A stretch of DNA of 63,241 bases, the filler included, from Pelomyxa schiedti (Eukaryota > Protista > Evosea): NCBI GenBank assembly GCA_020536535.1. It is 4 parts of 4 records of this genome, joined end to end, with 100 filler letters (N's around TTAATTAATTAA, not from the genome) between each part and the next. Parts side by side here need not be neighbours in the genome. Positions count along the whole stretch, not along the records: positions 42,386 to 60,407 come from JAHLWZ010001122.1; positions 60,508 to 63,241 come from JAHLWZ010001910.1; 2 more parts are not named here. One strand, given 5' to 3'. A program made the position numbers and the translations under genes. Below, one piece after another: positions 49,232 through 61,592 of this stretch (within the stretch, counting starts at the first letter, position 1; every line of letters begins with the position of its first letter). The notes below the pieces were generated by a model. The model saw only the letters and a program-made list of their open reading frames with translations. It searched no databases and was not told the origin of the DNA.

Positions 49232-50479
49232 TCATGAAGAAGAGGTCTTTGGTTTCGGCGCATACCTCTTCTTCTTCTCCTCCAAATCGCGTTGCATCCA
49301 CCAAATTGCACCATCGGATCCGGGGCCTTCGCTCGAGGACGAGCTGCTGCTGCCGCCGCCTGTGCCCGTTGACGTCGACGAGGCGCCGCCTCCAAACTTC
49401 CTGCTTGCAATACGCACAGCTGCCTCGGCCGTGATCAGTGACTGTTGTGATATTAGTATCGGGATTGTGGGAAGTTAATTTGTGCGGGATGGGTGAGTGG
49501 GTGATTGGGTATTTCGGGGGTGGGAATGTACTCTATTGAGCTGATCCTTGGTGGGGCTGGATTCTATCTGAGCTAGCATGTTGGTTGCTCTGAGTCCCTT
49601 GACTCCGGGCTCCTTGGCTTCGGCTTCCAGCTTGGCTTTTTCCTCCTCAAAACCACGGATTTTGGCACTGACCTCTTCAAGAGCGAGACGGGCTTTGCGG
49701 ATTTCTGGGTGTTCATCAGGTGCGCTCTAGTAGTAGAGTTAGAGGTGTTCATGGAATTAAAATTGAGCTGTACCATGGATCGTTTGCAAAAGTCTACAAA
49801 TTAAGATTGGTTAGTATGAAATACGGGAGTTAATTGGGAAGAACCTGCTGGGTTGGCGACGGCTTGGTATTGATACAACAAATACTCCAAGAACGAGATA
49901 CGGCCGTCAAAGTTGACATCTACCTTCTCGCGAAGCTCCTGTTTGCGCTTCAATGCTGTCATCATGACAGGTTGTGATCTTTTTGTCGGGTAAGAGCTTT
50001 TGGGTGAAACGAGCTACGACATACTTAGGGTACTGGTCTCGCCAGTGAGCGTTCTTTGGCTCATCCAGGAATCTGCAGAGCTGCTCAAAGAAGTACAAGC
50101 CAATATCAAAATCGAGATCAACACCCTCCTCATATTTATAAACAAGGCTGATTCCCTTGGCATGCATATCGGCGTACTTCATCATCTCATAAGAGCACCT
50201 ATTGATCAACGGTCACAAAAAACCTTGGCGCTTATAACAGTTAAGTATCACGACTTTCTCCGGGTACATTTTACATAAACACTAACAAGGATACATAAAT
50301 AAATATGTTTAAGAAACAAACCCGAATATGAACTCAGCATCGGATTTCACTTCCAGCCAATAAGCGTTGAGAAACGCGACGGCCTGCTGCGAAAACGGCT
50401 TCTTGGCCAATGTGGTGAAAAACTCCATCGCATCGGGCTCCAACCTCTGCACGAAACTAGCTGACCTCGTTGCTGCCAT
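49232..50479 (-). CDS. abpB: Calcium-regulated 34-kDa actin-bundling protein (ABP34), multi-exon
   Basis: AMEFF..LAKKPFSQQAVAFLNAYW, KYADMHAKGI, DLDFDIGLYFFEQLC, MTALKRKQELREKVDVNFDGRISFLEYLLYQY, GAIWWMQRDLEEKKKRY match Dictyostelium ABP34 as recalled. Confidence 0.9.
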
Positions 50480-50708
50480 TTTTTACTTTGTTTCTCTTTG
50501 TTTGTTGCCTTTACACAGGTTGCCTCGAGTTTTTTTTTTTTTTTTTTGTTTGTCTTGTTGGTTTTTCTTTTTGTTGTCCTTTGAGGGTTGGTTCAGCCTT
50601 AGCGGAACCCGGTAATTAAAAATAAAAATAGTAACGAATCACAGTGATTGGCTCCTTACAATGAAGACGCTCGGTACCAGCCTTGCTGTTGATGTTCTTG
50701 TGTCTTCG

Positions 50709-53260
50709 CTACTCTAACAGTGATTTGAGGAATGATGCCGTTTGGGCTGGTGACAGGCCCCCTGGTTCTGGGCTTAGCACTGTGGGTATGACAATTGCTG
50801 GTGTGGTGGTGACTGTGCTTGTTGCGGTGGTAGTGGTTGTGGATTCTGATGATGCGGAGGTGGTGTCTGGTGCTAGCGGGTGTGGTTGCGATGGCTCAAG
50901 TGGGGAGGCTGGTGTGGTTGTGGTTGTTGGTCGTTTACGGTTTCGGCGGCGTGCAGCCTGGAATGGGGTTAGCACTTCTTTTTACGTGGGAGCGGAGACC
51001 TGTTCTATTGATGTCTTAATGGAATCCAGGTCATTGACTACAAGGGACATCGCATCATTCGCGTCGAGCACAAGGGGTGTTGTGGCGTTAGTGGGTATTG
51101 CATTTGTCAGTATGTCAGGGTCCGTTGATTGTTGCAGTTTCGTCGCCAAAGTCATCAAGATATTGAAGTCGGTTGGTGGGTAGTTCTAGAAGAGCAGTTA
51201 GCGTTTTAACAGTGCAGTTCGTTACCTGTAAGAGAGAAAGACTCGCAGAGAAAGTTCCACTAACAATTGTATCCCTCACATTCCTGAAACCCTAAGTGGT
51301 CGCAAAAAAAGTATAGTACACACAGAACCATCGCAGAACAGAAGAATAACAAGAAGTCAAAGCGATTTTTATCAGAAAAGAAAGAATCCCAGAGCCTCAG
51401 CACATCAGGTAGTTCAAACTCCTTTTCCGGATTAGAAATAACTGATGAAGTCCGGTACTTGAGAGAGCATCAATAGAATCCAACGGAATGCATAGTACTA
51501 AAAGCGAGGAGTTAGACATTACTCATGGTTTTATTAAAACAACCTGAGGAACGACTCCAAGTTTCTCCAGATGAGCCCATACCTGCAATTTATGTTTAGG
51601 CGAGCTGTGAACATTATTCCTTTTTCACCTCGAAGTCGTGTTGTTTTATGATCGCACTCATTTTCCCTAAGGTTTTGTGCACACCTATCCCAGAAGCATC
51701 AAGACTGTAGAAGGAGTCAAAGGAGTCAGTCAAAAAAAAGAACCTTTTGATGAAATGGTCACGGATTTCACTCATTACATTGGTAAAGCAGAAGAACGTG
51801 TCTGCTTCTGCGTTTAGGAGTTCTGTTTGCCTGTGAGCGTAGGTTTTTCATTAATGGTGTCACCTTGTGGGTCTTGATAATGTGAGGCAAAAACATAATA
51901 CAATGGCGCAAGAATTTCATTCATTCCTGTGGGACCTGATTAGTGCTCACTTACTTTTTAACTATTGTACCTTGAACATATCTTATTCCAGGATTTAACT
52001 TGGCATATACAAATAAAATGCTTTGCAAGGCATTATAATGCAAATTCGCTCGTTCCTGCAGCAGGTGACTTACACTGATTAAACTAATAGGTGCCTACCC
52101 CAGATGTGAAAAAGTGAAGGTTAGGAGACGTTCGTTTGAGGTCCTTTGTAATGTCCTCAACGATCTTGGCATCATTGAAAAAAGAATTCCAGACACTGCT
52201 GGTCTGTGTACTAAGGGGCTGTGATTGGGAAATAGGTTAACTTGTTTGGGATTAGGGTGGGAGGATAATTTACATGATCATTGGAAGCCTATTCCTCATA
52301 AGTGATAATATTGAGAGAAGAATCTTACTTGATGGGCGTGTGGGTCAATGAAAAATTCCTCTTTCCATTTAACGTAAATCGCCCGCTGCTCTTTAAGATA
52401 GTTGTCCCACTTAGCTCTATCCAGTGGCAAGTAATTCAAAAGGAGCTTATTCTCCATGAGTGATGGGGTACCCAATTAGCCCACTACCTTCCAGTATGGC
52501 TCCCTCAAATGATTTTGCTCTGGAATCCCACCAAAAGCCATATTTCGTACTGCAGAAATATTGATAATTTGTATGCCGCCTAAAGAGAATAGAGATTTAT
52601 TTCGTAGGAAACTGAGTGACCCTCTCACATTCTGTTGCGGGCTCACACCCTTGGAAAATGGCCTCCTGGAACTGACTAACTCTCTGCTTGTAATGAGACA
52701 CAGGAACTGCGCCGCGTAAGTACAATCAAATAATAATTAATGCAGTTGATAGCTTTACCTTGGGGTGTGGCAGGGGTATCACTTGGCTTCTCTTTATCAC
52801 CGCTTTCATTTGCGTCCCCACCAGTGACAGGTTCAGCAGTAGGAGCAGGTGGCTCTACGCCGTCCTTTGTCGGTGTTGGTGTTGTTTCTGTCTTGGTGCT
52901 GCCACCGTCGTCTCCGTCCTTGGGTGTGTCCACCGCATCCGTTCCAGGCGTCTTGCCCTCCACCTTGGCACCACTGCCAGTGTCCGTGATGCCAGTAACA
53001 CTACTTCCGTCAGACGGTTTGCCCTCAACTGGCACCTCGACTTGGCTCGGCACCGCTACGGCGGCGTCTGTAGTAGCTGCTGCTGTGGTTGTAGGAGTGG
53101 CGCTTGTTGAGGCGGCAGTAGCTGTTGTCGTTGCTGTCGGTTGGTCAGCAGTGTCGCCGTGGGGCGCAGTATCGGCAGCAGCACTTGTTGGCTGTGGGTC
53201 CTGTTTGGGTACCACCACAGGGAGCAACTCCCCTAGTTTCTTTGTGAACTTGTTCAGCAT
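50709..53260 (-). CDS. TBC-domain Rab GAP, TBC1D13-like, multi-exon
   Basis: GGIPEQNHLREPYWK-LLLNYLP, DH-PLS...WNSFFND...ITKDLKRT (R finger), ILFVYAKLNPGIRYVQG-MNEILAPLYYVF (Q finger), EADTFFCF. Confidence 0.88.
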
Positions 53261-53888
53261 CAACACTTGGTTGTTGTCTGGGTTTTGTTTTTTGAAAAAA
53301 TGAAATTATGCGATCATCGATCAAGCTGCGAAGAGGTTGGGGGCAGAGCCAGGGATTTTAAGCTGTCATTGTGTGAAGGGTGTCAAATGTTGAATGTTTT
53401 GTGGAGGGTTCATTATCGTCAGAATACTCGGAATGAGAGAGACCTACACAATCTGAGATCTGGTGCCCAAATCGACATTACAAGAGGGAAATGGAAAGAA
53501 GATGAGGGAGCGGGTGTGTTACTTCGCTGTGTTGGTTGTTACAACAATGTCGATTGCCTCGCACAGGCGGACTCCCACTCTCATTATTGGAAGCTGTGAA
53601 TATGTTATCAATACTACTCAATACTACGCTGCGGAAACATACAAGAACCGAAGTGAGCATTAAGAAACCAAGTGCGGTGGAAGAGTGCACCCTTCTAGAG
53701 GCGTACTTGAGGCTGGCGCACTTGTTCGCAACTTGTTGCAGTATGTGTACGTAGCAATAGTAGTATGACGCGTTAATACGCACAGGTCTAGAGTAAATGT
53801 AGTGGCAACGAGGCTTATTAAAGAAGTTACTTGGAGAGCGTGCTGGTATACTTCATCATGAGATATGTTTCAAATAAAGGAGAGGCCA

Positions 53889-54145
53889 TGCTGTGGCTCC
53901 ACGTGACGCCATGCGGGTCGGTACTTCTATTTTCCTTCAGTAAGAATTTAGGAAACAGTTGTCTATTACTGATCATAGTATGTACTAATTCTATTGCCTC
54001 CATGTGAATAAATAGGAAATTAAAGAGTTAATTTAATTTCAGTTTTAATGGTACTTTTAATTTTGGAACACACCATAAATTATGCAGGACTCCTTTATGT
54101 AAACATTTGTTCCGGACCCACATGGCGTCACGTCGAGGCACAACA
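53889..54145. mobile_element. Degenerate MITE-like element with about 30-bp imperfect TIRs
   Basis: tgtggctccacgtgacgccatgcgggtcgg (53892-53921) versus the reverse complement of 54112-54142, tgtgcctcgacgtgacgccatgtgggtccgg. AT-rich interior; no TSD found. Confidence 0.6.
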
Positions 54146-56174
54146 CAGTCAAAGTAAAGTAAGAAATTGCGTATTAATTAATAACAGGCATCCTCTGGAG
54201 AGCGATTGATTCCCATGACCCGTAGCTACGGGAACGTAACTAACTCGCTTCTTTAGTGCCTGTTACTGATAATCAAACAGAAAGAAAAGTCCTTTTCATC
54301 ACGTGCACTATTCACGTTTTAAATCCTTGAAAAGTACTCTAAGTAAATGACACTTAAAGTCCACGGAGAGTTATTGCCAACAATTGAGCAATGACCGGGC
54401 CTTGTTGGTACCACTACAAAGTGAGTGAAATGTACAAACCACGGATTTGCTGTTCCACGGTTAGCCTCCCATTTGTTTTTTTCCCCTGACTTGATTAGTA
54501 CACCACGGAGTGTTGTAAATAATTACCACGGAAGAGTAAACAAGTACCCGTGTAACCCCTCTTTCAAACCAGACTGTTTTCTTTCTTAATACCGATATCA
54601 TTGACCAGATACATAACGGTAAGAAAACAGCTACATAAATCAATACGGAAACTAAATAACGACTGTACTTATGCTCCACAGTCGTTCTCATGAACGCTTT
54701 TCGAAGAGGAATTGAGGCACTCAGTTCACAACATAACTTGCAACATTGGAATTGAAAACGAAACTTTGGACCGGAATCCACCTTCTGAAAACTAACACCA
54801 CTCAAACTACAGTTGAAACTTTCCACAGCAATTAAGCGAGTGGCAGAAAGATTGCCAACCTCAGAAAGCCGAGACTAGCCAACGGCTGTTAATGCGGGAA
54901 GGAAAATGTTACATATATATTTTCGAAAACAGCAAACAAAATGTTTTTTAGTATGTTTTTTTTTTCATAGGAGGAAAACCAAGTGCAAATAGTAGTGTTT
55001 CACTACATTGATTGTGTGGTTTTGAGTGGACGAAAAGGAAGGTGATGCCAAGATAGTATGGAATTGGGGTGAATATGGCACAATCATGTTCTGAAAGTTG
55101 TGAGAAGAGTGTACTTATGGTCATATGTTGTGAGCGTAGCTTGCACAAGGATTTTCTGCAGCATTTGGGCCTTTCAAGCGGGTGATGCGTCCAACCGAGA
55201 CGAGAATGACGAATAGCGGTTAAGGCATGAGGATCGCAGGAATCCCCTAGTTGAGGGGCCCATCAAGACCAATGCTATCTCCCCCGCGTCTCGTTTGTCT
55301 TGAGGGGATTGAGCTCAGAGAGACACATACCCTCCCGTTTGAAAGAGTTCGATTCCCATTTGCATCCCCTGCTGTATCGACACTCATCATTTTACATTAA
55401 GAATACAGGGTGATGTACGTGGAGAGACAGATAGCGTCGGTGCAGCCGGACGTCGAGCAATGGGGAGAAGCGATACGCGAGGCCGCCGACGACGCCATGT
55501 CGTCCTTCTTGCTCCTGGACAAGTCATTCCTCGAGTATTCCAGGATGAGAGATGTGCGATCATTATTTCTTTCACCCACTCCACTCAACTACGCGTGCGT
55601 GCGCACGCCCAACAATGCCTATTATATTATAATATGGGATGTGAGTGGCGTATGGTGTAGGGGGTAGATATATTCGAAGTCAAATTAACCAATACACGCA
55701 TATGCATAATGCACACTCTAGGAGTTAACAAAGGCTGCGAAGATGTTTGCTTCCTATGATTCGAGTATCAGTACATCTGACCAGGTTGGTTTCTTTACTC
55801 CCTACATACCGTACTTTACTTGTTGAACTTACCAATTTATTTTTGCCATGTGCACAGTGCATAACGAGTATTGGAAAAACCACGTACTTGCTACAAACCA
55901 AATTCGAGGAAAGCAAGCAGCAGGAGGACAAGTTGGCCCGCGACAACAAACTAATTGCTGGCTCATTTGCTGATAACCAGATATCTTGATGTGTGCACAA
56001 ATTCAACTGTCACAATTAATGATAACAACACAAATTTCAGGTTCTAATGTAAGCAGCTACTGAATTTTTTGTTTCTGAAAGACAATGTATGAATATTTGA
56101 TTGCGTGGCTGTATGCCATGACATAAAAAGCCACATGTGGGACAATTTTGCTTTTTTTCCTGTTTTTTTCTTAA

Positions 56175-58499
56175 TTAAGAAAGAATGTCGGTCTTGCATA
56201 TTGTGTTCAAGAATGCCACTATTTGCTTATCGAGCCAAGCCTTGTGTGGCATTGCAACAAGCCATTCCCGAGGTAGATGACTGTATCCAAGCCGGCATCC
56301 AACGAGAGCCCCCGCAACCGCCGCATTCCTAGTGTTACACAATGTTAGTGAGTAGTAAGGTAGAATGACTTAGTCCTTACGTATCAGCATCACCGGCTTC
56401 CTATTTTATTCATGTTAGATTCTGCTTGTAGAAGAATTGGAGTTGTACATTTACAACAGGGCAAATGTTATCTTGGAATGTACTGCCCATGTTCCTGAGA
56501 GCCCAGGAAGCAGCTCCCAATGTCTGTTTGAATTTAAATAAAGAAGTACTTAGAATGAACTCCTACCTTGAAAGTGTAGCCCATCCCGTGCTTGTTGTCC
56601 AAAGAGAGATCAGCAATGTTCTCTGTCAAGGCAGTTCTCATAAGTTCCTCCCTGTGTTGGGGAATGAGATCATCTCCAAGAAACTCCACGGTGCGGTTTA
56701 TGGCCTCAGTAACAAGGGCCGTGGCTTCCGCTTTTGTAGCCACACTTCGGCCTAGTTCGATAGATTAGTGTGGGCTAAAAAGAAAGATACTCAAACCCTG
56801 CAGAATCATGGCAATGCATAGACAAACAATGACCGAAGATGCCACGCAACGTGGATCCCAGTGAGTTGCCTGCAGAAGCGAGGGTTATAAGATAATTCTT
56901 GATTTGGAGAAGACAATACCCTGGCAATAGTAGCAGTGTTTGCCATGACATTGGGTAACGACCTGAACTGGTGAACACCAAGTATAGCGGTTCTCATAAC
57001 AGCTCCATTGGCAGCCGCATTTTTGTTGAGTTCAAGCCAGGTCTGTCGGGCAGATTCATGAGGATCCAGAAGGAATGTTGTCTTGAAAGCAGTTCTTGCA
57101 ACTGTTCCGCCAAGTCCCAAACCGGCTGTGTCCCTTTAAATGTGAGTTTTCCTTCACACAACACTATCGCAGAACCCCAATTCAGGGAAGCCTTGTTTAA
57201 TCCAGTGGATCAATTTCATGGCAAAGTTTGTTTCGGAAACGGTCCCTCCTGTTTCAAGTATCCCTTGTAATATAAGTATAAGTTGATCAGTGTCATCTGT
57301 CCAATCTCCTAGTGTCCATCGCACACTATGGGCAGTCCTCTGGGAAGAAGTTAGTGATAGAAGAAAAAAGAGAGGGATACTGGAAAATCAGGGAACGGAA
57401 TTTGGGAACCGTGAAATTTCTCATTCACCCACTCCTTGGTACAGAACTCGGTTGCTATGGACTTAAGTTCCAAACAAAGGGAAAACGAAAATGGTACCCA
57501 GTCCATATGCATCACCAAGCGCATTTCCTATATAAAAATGTGACAAAAGGCACACCAAAGAAAGAACGTACCGTAAATACAACCGAGAATCTTGTCAACT
57601 ATTGGTGAGGCGGAGATGGCTGGGTCAATCCCAGAAATTTCATAAGTTGGGGGAACCGCTGGGGTGGCAATTTTCACCTCAGTGCGGTCTTTCTGAAGCT
57701 CTACAAGGAAGGGTTTCTGTCAACTCAGAATTCAGAAGAAAATACCTTCAAAAACTCCCGCTAGGTCATCCTTTGTAACAGAAGCCTTTCCTGGTTCACA
57801 ACCAAACTTTGCTATGTGGAGTTTGTTGTACAGCGGCAAAAGTGTTGGGTGGATAATATAACTTCGTTGGTTAAGAATAAACATGTACAAAGAGGGGAAA
57901 AAAATTGACAAGGATACGAGTCACATAGGTAGCACCTGAAAACATATTAATAACAAAATCCCAGATACAGCATTGCACAAACCAGAAAGATAAATCCATG
58001 AAACTTACAGCAATACAGTGTCCTGATGTAAAGTGGTGCTCCTTCAAATGCCCCTGAACGTGCCTGTGCGGAGATAATGATAATGATAATAACAAAAAAG
58101 AAGCACAGTTAGACTTTTCAACAACCAGCACAGTACAAAAGCAATTACAGACTCAATTATTCCCTTAGGTAATTAATGCCACTTGGCAATAGTAGTACTA
58201 CCTGCTGCACCCTATCGTGTAGCACTTCACACATAACCAATTCTCGTGAGTCTCAGCACACATGAAGCACTTTCGAGTCATCACACCTTCCGCAGTTAGT
58301 AGAAGACACACACAAGCAAGCAATCAAGTTTCTTGAGCAGTTGGGCCCTCCACCCAATCTCATCTCCGCCACAAAACAACAACAAACCAATACACGCCAC
58401 ACCATCTAATGTCGATGTGTCATTCGAATCTAGGGGAGCGTAGTGGGCGACGAGGTGGGGACAGTCTCGCTTGGGCTCAACGCACCCTGAGTCCGCCAT
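56175..58499 (-). CDS. ZnF-UBP (HDAC6-type BUZ) + ADP-ribosylglycohydrolase (ARH/DraG) fusion protein, multi-exon
   Basis: DCPHL...CFMC...ENWLCVKC...CS-RHVQGHLKEH...HCIAVSFMDLSFW-CYLCDSY, followed by NALGDAYG, DWTDDTDQ, AANGAVMRT, GYTFK, GDADT-NAAVAGALVG. Confidence 0.85.
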
Positions 58500-58570
58500 G
58501 TTAATTTGTTTCGTTACTGTTTTGATTCCGTTTTTCGTTGCAAATCACAATGTCAAAATTGGTTGGTCAC

Positions 58571-59707
58571 TTAGTCTTGAGGTGGCAACCAACCTTCGGT
58601 GAGTGTGAACCTGGAGGGGAACTTGAGGGAAGCTTGTGTAAGGCCATGGAAGGCATTTTGGACCACAACTGAGGCGATGGGGGACCCTGGGGGTCGGGAT
58701 TCCCCTGTTGCAAGGATGCCCATGTTCCATGATTGAAGTTGCATGTGTGGGTCATAGCAGGGGTTCTCAAAAGAGAAGACAGCTTGAGGTGGATTTGAGG
58801 CAATGTACACAGTGCCTGATGAACTGGTTTTATTGAATACACAGAAGTGCTCACAGCCCATCGTTCTGATTTTTCCCCCTCCTGAAAATGTGCAGTATTC
58901 ACCACTATTAACACAACGGAGCTTGTACACATCTGCGAATAACTCATATAAAACTACCCAAAGCATGCCATTTGACATCAGAAATCCATCCACCCTCCTT
59001 GTCATATCAGATGGGAACTCCACCTCCCTGAGGGTGACCAAGGAGCTTCTCTTCAAGGATGCAGGCACATCACCGCTCACTATTGAGTAGAGGAAAGTAG
59101 AGCGGTGTTTGCATAACAACATAAGTACATCATCACTCTCCTTTGTGAACTTTGCCTTTTCGACAGCCTTTCCAGCTATTGCCAAATGAGGATGAGAAGA
59201 GAACGCAGTATGACCGCCTTGAGTCCCCACACTCCATATCAACAGTTGGGACTCCCATTTCACAACCACAAGCCACTTTGAATTGCAGCAAACCTTCATC
59301 CTAGCGCGATCAGTGCAGTAGGACATTTGGTGCGTCCCATCAATCCCAACAACATAAACAGTATCTTGGCAAATACTCACAATGCTATCCAATCCAATGG
59401 CCCCAACAGCAAATATTCCCTCATTCTGTGTTCCTGTAAAAAAGAACCATCCACTGTCAACAACACCCAGGGTGTGTGACACTCGAACCCATAATTGCCT
59501 CGTGCTGCAGGAGCCCCCGTTGTCCCACAGCGTGAAAGCGTAAAGGCCGTCTGGGTTCATGACCCACCGGTGGGCCAGGAGCCGGAGGAGGGAGGGGATC
59601 ACAGCCATCGCCCGACACGCGCTTGTCGATCCACACCTCGGAATTGCTCCGCACATCAATCCCACAATCTGTTGGCGAGCATCAATCCGTGGCACTACCT
59701 CCATCAC
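58571..59707 (-). CDS. Family A (RCG-box) protein, intronless, 378 aa
   Basis: IDARQQIVGLMCGAIPRCGSTSACRAM...VSHTLGVV...CCNSKWLVV. Confidence 0.78.
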   Translation of the reverse strand: MMEVVPRIDARQQIVGLMCGAIPRCGSTSACRAMAVIPSLLRLLAHRWVMNPDGLYAFTLWDNGGSCSTRQLWVRVSHTLGVVDSGWFFFTGTQNEGIFAVGAIGLDSIVSICQDTVYVVGIDGTHQMSYCTDRARMKVCCNSKWLVVVKWESQLLIWSVGTQGGHTAFSSHPHLAIAGKAVEKAKFTKESDDVLMLLCKHRSTFLYSIVSGDVPASLKRSSLVTLREVEFPSDMTRRVDGFLMSNGMLWVVLYELFADVYKLRCVNSGEYCTFSGGGKIRTMGCEHFCVFNKTSSSGTVYIASNPPQAVFSFENPCYDPHMQLQSWNMGILATGESRPPGSPIASVVVQNAFHGLTQASLKFPSRFTLTEGWLPPQD

Positions 59708-60507
59708 CGGTTGTTGTATTTTTTTTTCTTGAAAACTCTAGAAGCGAAAAACGAAAAAAACTTGTAGAGTTCAAGAAGTCACCAAGTTGTGGAACTTTGA
59801 ACAACATTAAGAAAGCCCTGCAGTGCAATAGTGAGGACACAGATATTTCATTGTGGTTACACTGAAATAGGAACCCTGAATTTCCACAAGAGTTATAGTG
59901 GGTACCGAACTTGATCAGAGAAAGTGGTTGAAGTCCCAAATTTCTGCAAACCCAATGGGTGCTGTGTAAGATATACAGAACAGAGAGTCAACTGTGACAC
60001 TTCAAGCGGAGACCTGCCCACTTTGGATGGAACAGGTTCCACAGTTCTGGTACTTCGGGATCAGCCACACTGCTCTGCAACTAAAATCAGCTGTAGTGGT
60101 AACGACAAAGCACCTCTCATCCCCACAGCGCATAAGGACAAGCACCTGATGAATCCAGATGTGATGTGTAAATTTGGCCACCACGTCAAACTTTCAAACC
60201 ATGAACCCCAGTGTGGAGCCCAAGACCATGTCGTCCCACAACTTAACCGCTGCAATTGTGCGATTCCCTCTCCATCTACACGCCGGCGGTGGAGATTGCA
60301 CAACGAGGGTGCGACGCCAAAGCAAGTGACAGTACCTGTGCCGATACTCGTTGGCAGCCACCAACAACAAAAGTCGCACCACGACGCTCCGTCACAAAAA
60401 AAAAATCNNNNNNNNNNNNNNNNNNNNNNNNNNNNNNNNNNNNNNNNNNNNTTAATTAATTAANNNNNNNNNNNNNNNNNNNNNNNNNNNNNNNNNNNNN
60501 NNNNNNN

Positions 60508-60754
60508 ATTCTCCCATAACTCCGATAGCCCTCAGCACCCTCTTGGTGCCCTCCAAGTCGCCGTGCAAGTCCCCAACCGCGAAAATTACGCGCTGCGGGC
60601 GGCTGTGTTCTTTAATGATGGTGTTGCCACCTCGTTGGTTGTTCTGCCGATATTCTCGGCCTCTCGAGGTGCCAAGCACCTCATACAAAAGCAAAATCGA
60701 GACTGCAACCACAACACCGCCTCCTGCTAATCTCCCCAATGATCGCATCATCAA
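60508..60754 (-). CDS. Metallophosphoesterase (Shewanella-like phosphatase-type), N-terminal part; remainder in gap
   Basis: Signal/TM segment followed by VIFAVGDLHGDL. Confidence 0.7.
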
Positions 60755-61447
60755 TGAGGACCCGTTTCTGAGAAAGGATCAAAAACTCTATCCCCTATAG
60801 AAGAGGAAGTTGAACAAACAGTAGTCTCATGCTTTTGGGCATCAGTTCCGAAAGCAGAGTGAGGAGTGATGGCCGACGGATTCAGGAATCTTGAGCCGGT
60901 GAATGGGCGCCAAGTTGGCCAACTAATTAGAGGACGAATCAAAAAGCACCAGGCAGCGACACGAGGGAGAAGGTGATGGGGATGATAACGCAACTACAAC
61001 AACTCTTACAGTTGTACTTCTTAGCGCAAACACCATTGCTCACAAACGAAATCAATTGAACCCAACAAGTGTGTGAAGTGTGGACCGGAGAGAGGAGACC
61101 CCATGTTCAGAATTGAACATTGTTGGAGTGGTGCCACCAGGCTTTGACCATTGTGCACCAGTTTTGACGCAATGAAGTGTAATTCAACAGCTTGCACTAG
61201 TTCTCCCAGCAACAGAGGAAGCCCTCCATCACCCAAGAGGCGAGGCAGAGTTCCGTTGCAGCTTACAAACAGAAAGCCCCACACTGCTGGCAGACCATCA
61301 CCCCCAACTCCAACCCCAAACCACTCTCAGCAGGCAACTGGAAGTATCTTTCAGCAATGGTAATTCACGGGAATGAGTGAGTTCAAGCATACACGCACCA
61401 GCCAACCGACCCACCTTATAAACCCCTCTGTTGGGGGGAAAAATGAA

Positions 61448-61519
61448 TGGCCCCGCTCAGAATCGAACTGAGATCAAGAGAGCCAAAATCTCCCATACTA
61501 ACCATTATACTACGGAGCC
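61448..61519 (-). tRNA. trnQ: tRNA-Gln(TTG)
   Basis: GGCTCCG TA GTAT-AATGGTTA-GTAT G GGAGA-TTTTGGC-TCTCT TGAT CTCAG-TTCGATT-CTGAG CGGGGCC A folds as a 72-nt cloverleaf. A T5 Pol III terminator follows a few nt downstream. Confidence 0.93.
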
Positions 61520-61592
61520 TTCACAGTTTGGTGTGTCGTGAACAGAGTTCCTTCTGCTGCCATCTTCTTTCCAAGAAGATGATTGTGTACAT

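Noticed and set aside
54891-55330. Group I intron P/Q/R-like words (AATGCGGGAA, TCTGCAGC, CTCAGAGA)
   Set aside because: No S element or P7 pairing and no host exon; consistent with chance
55304-55370. tRNA-Ala-like or tmRNA-like sequence (GGGGAT...GTTCGATTC...ATCCCC)
   Set aside because: The T-stem and anticodon stem do not pair, so no cloverleaf forms
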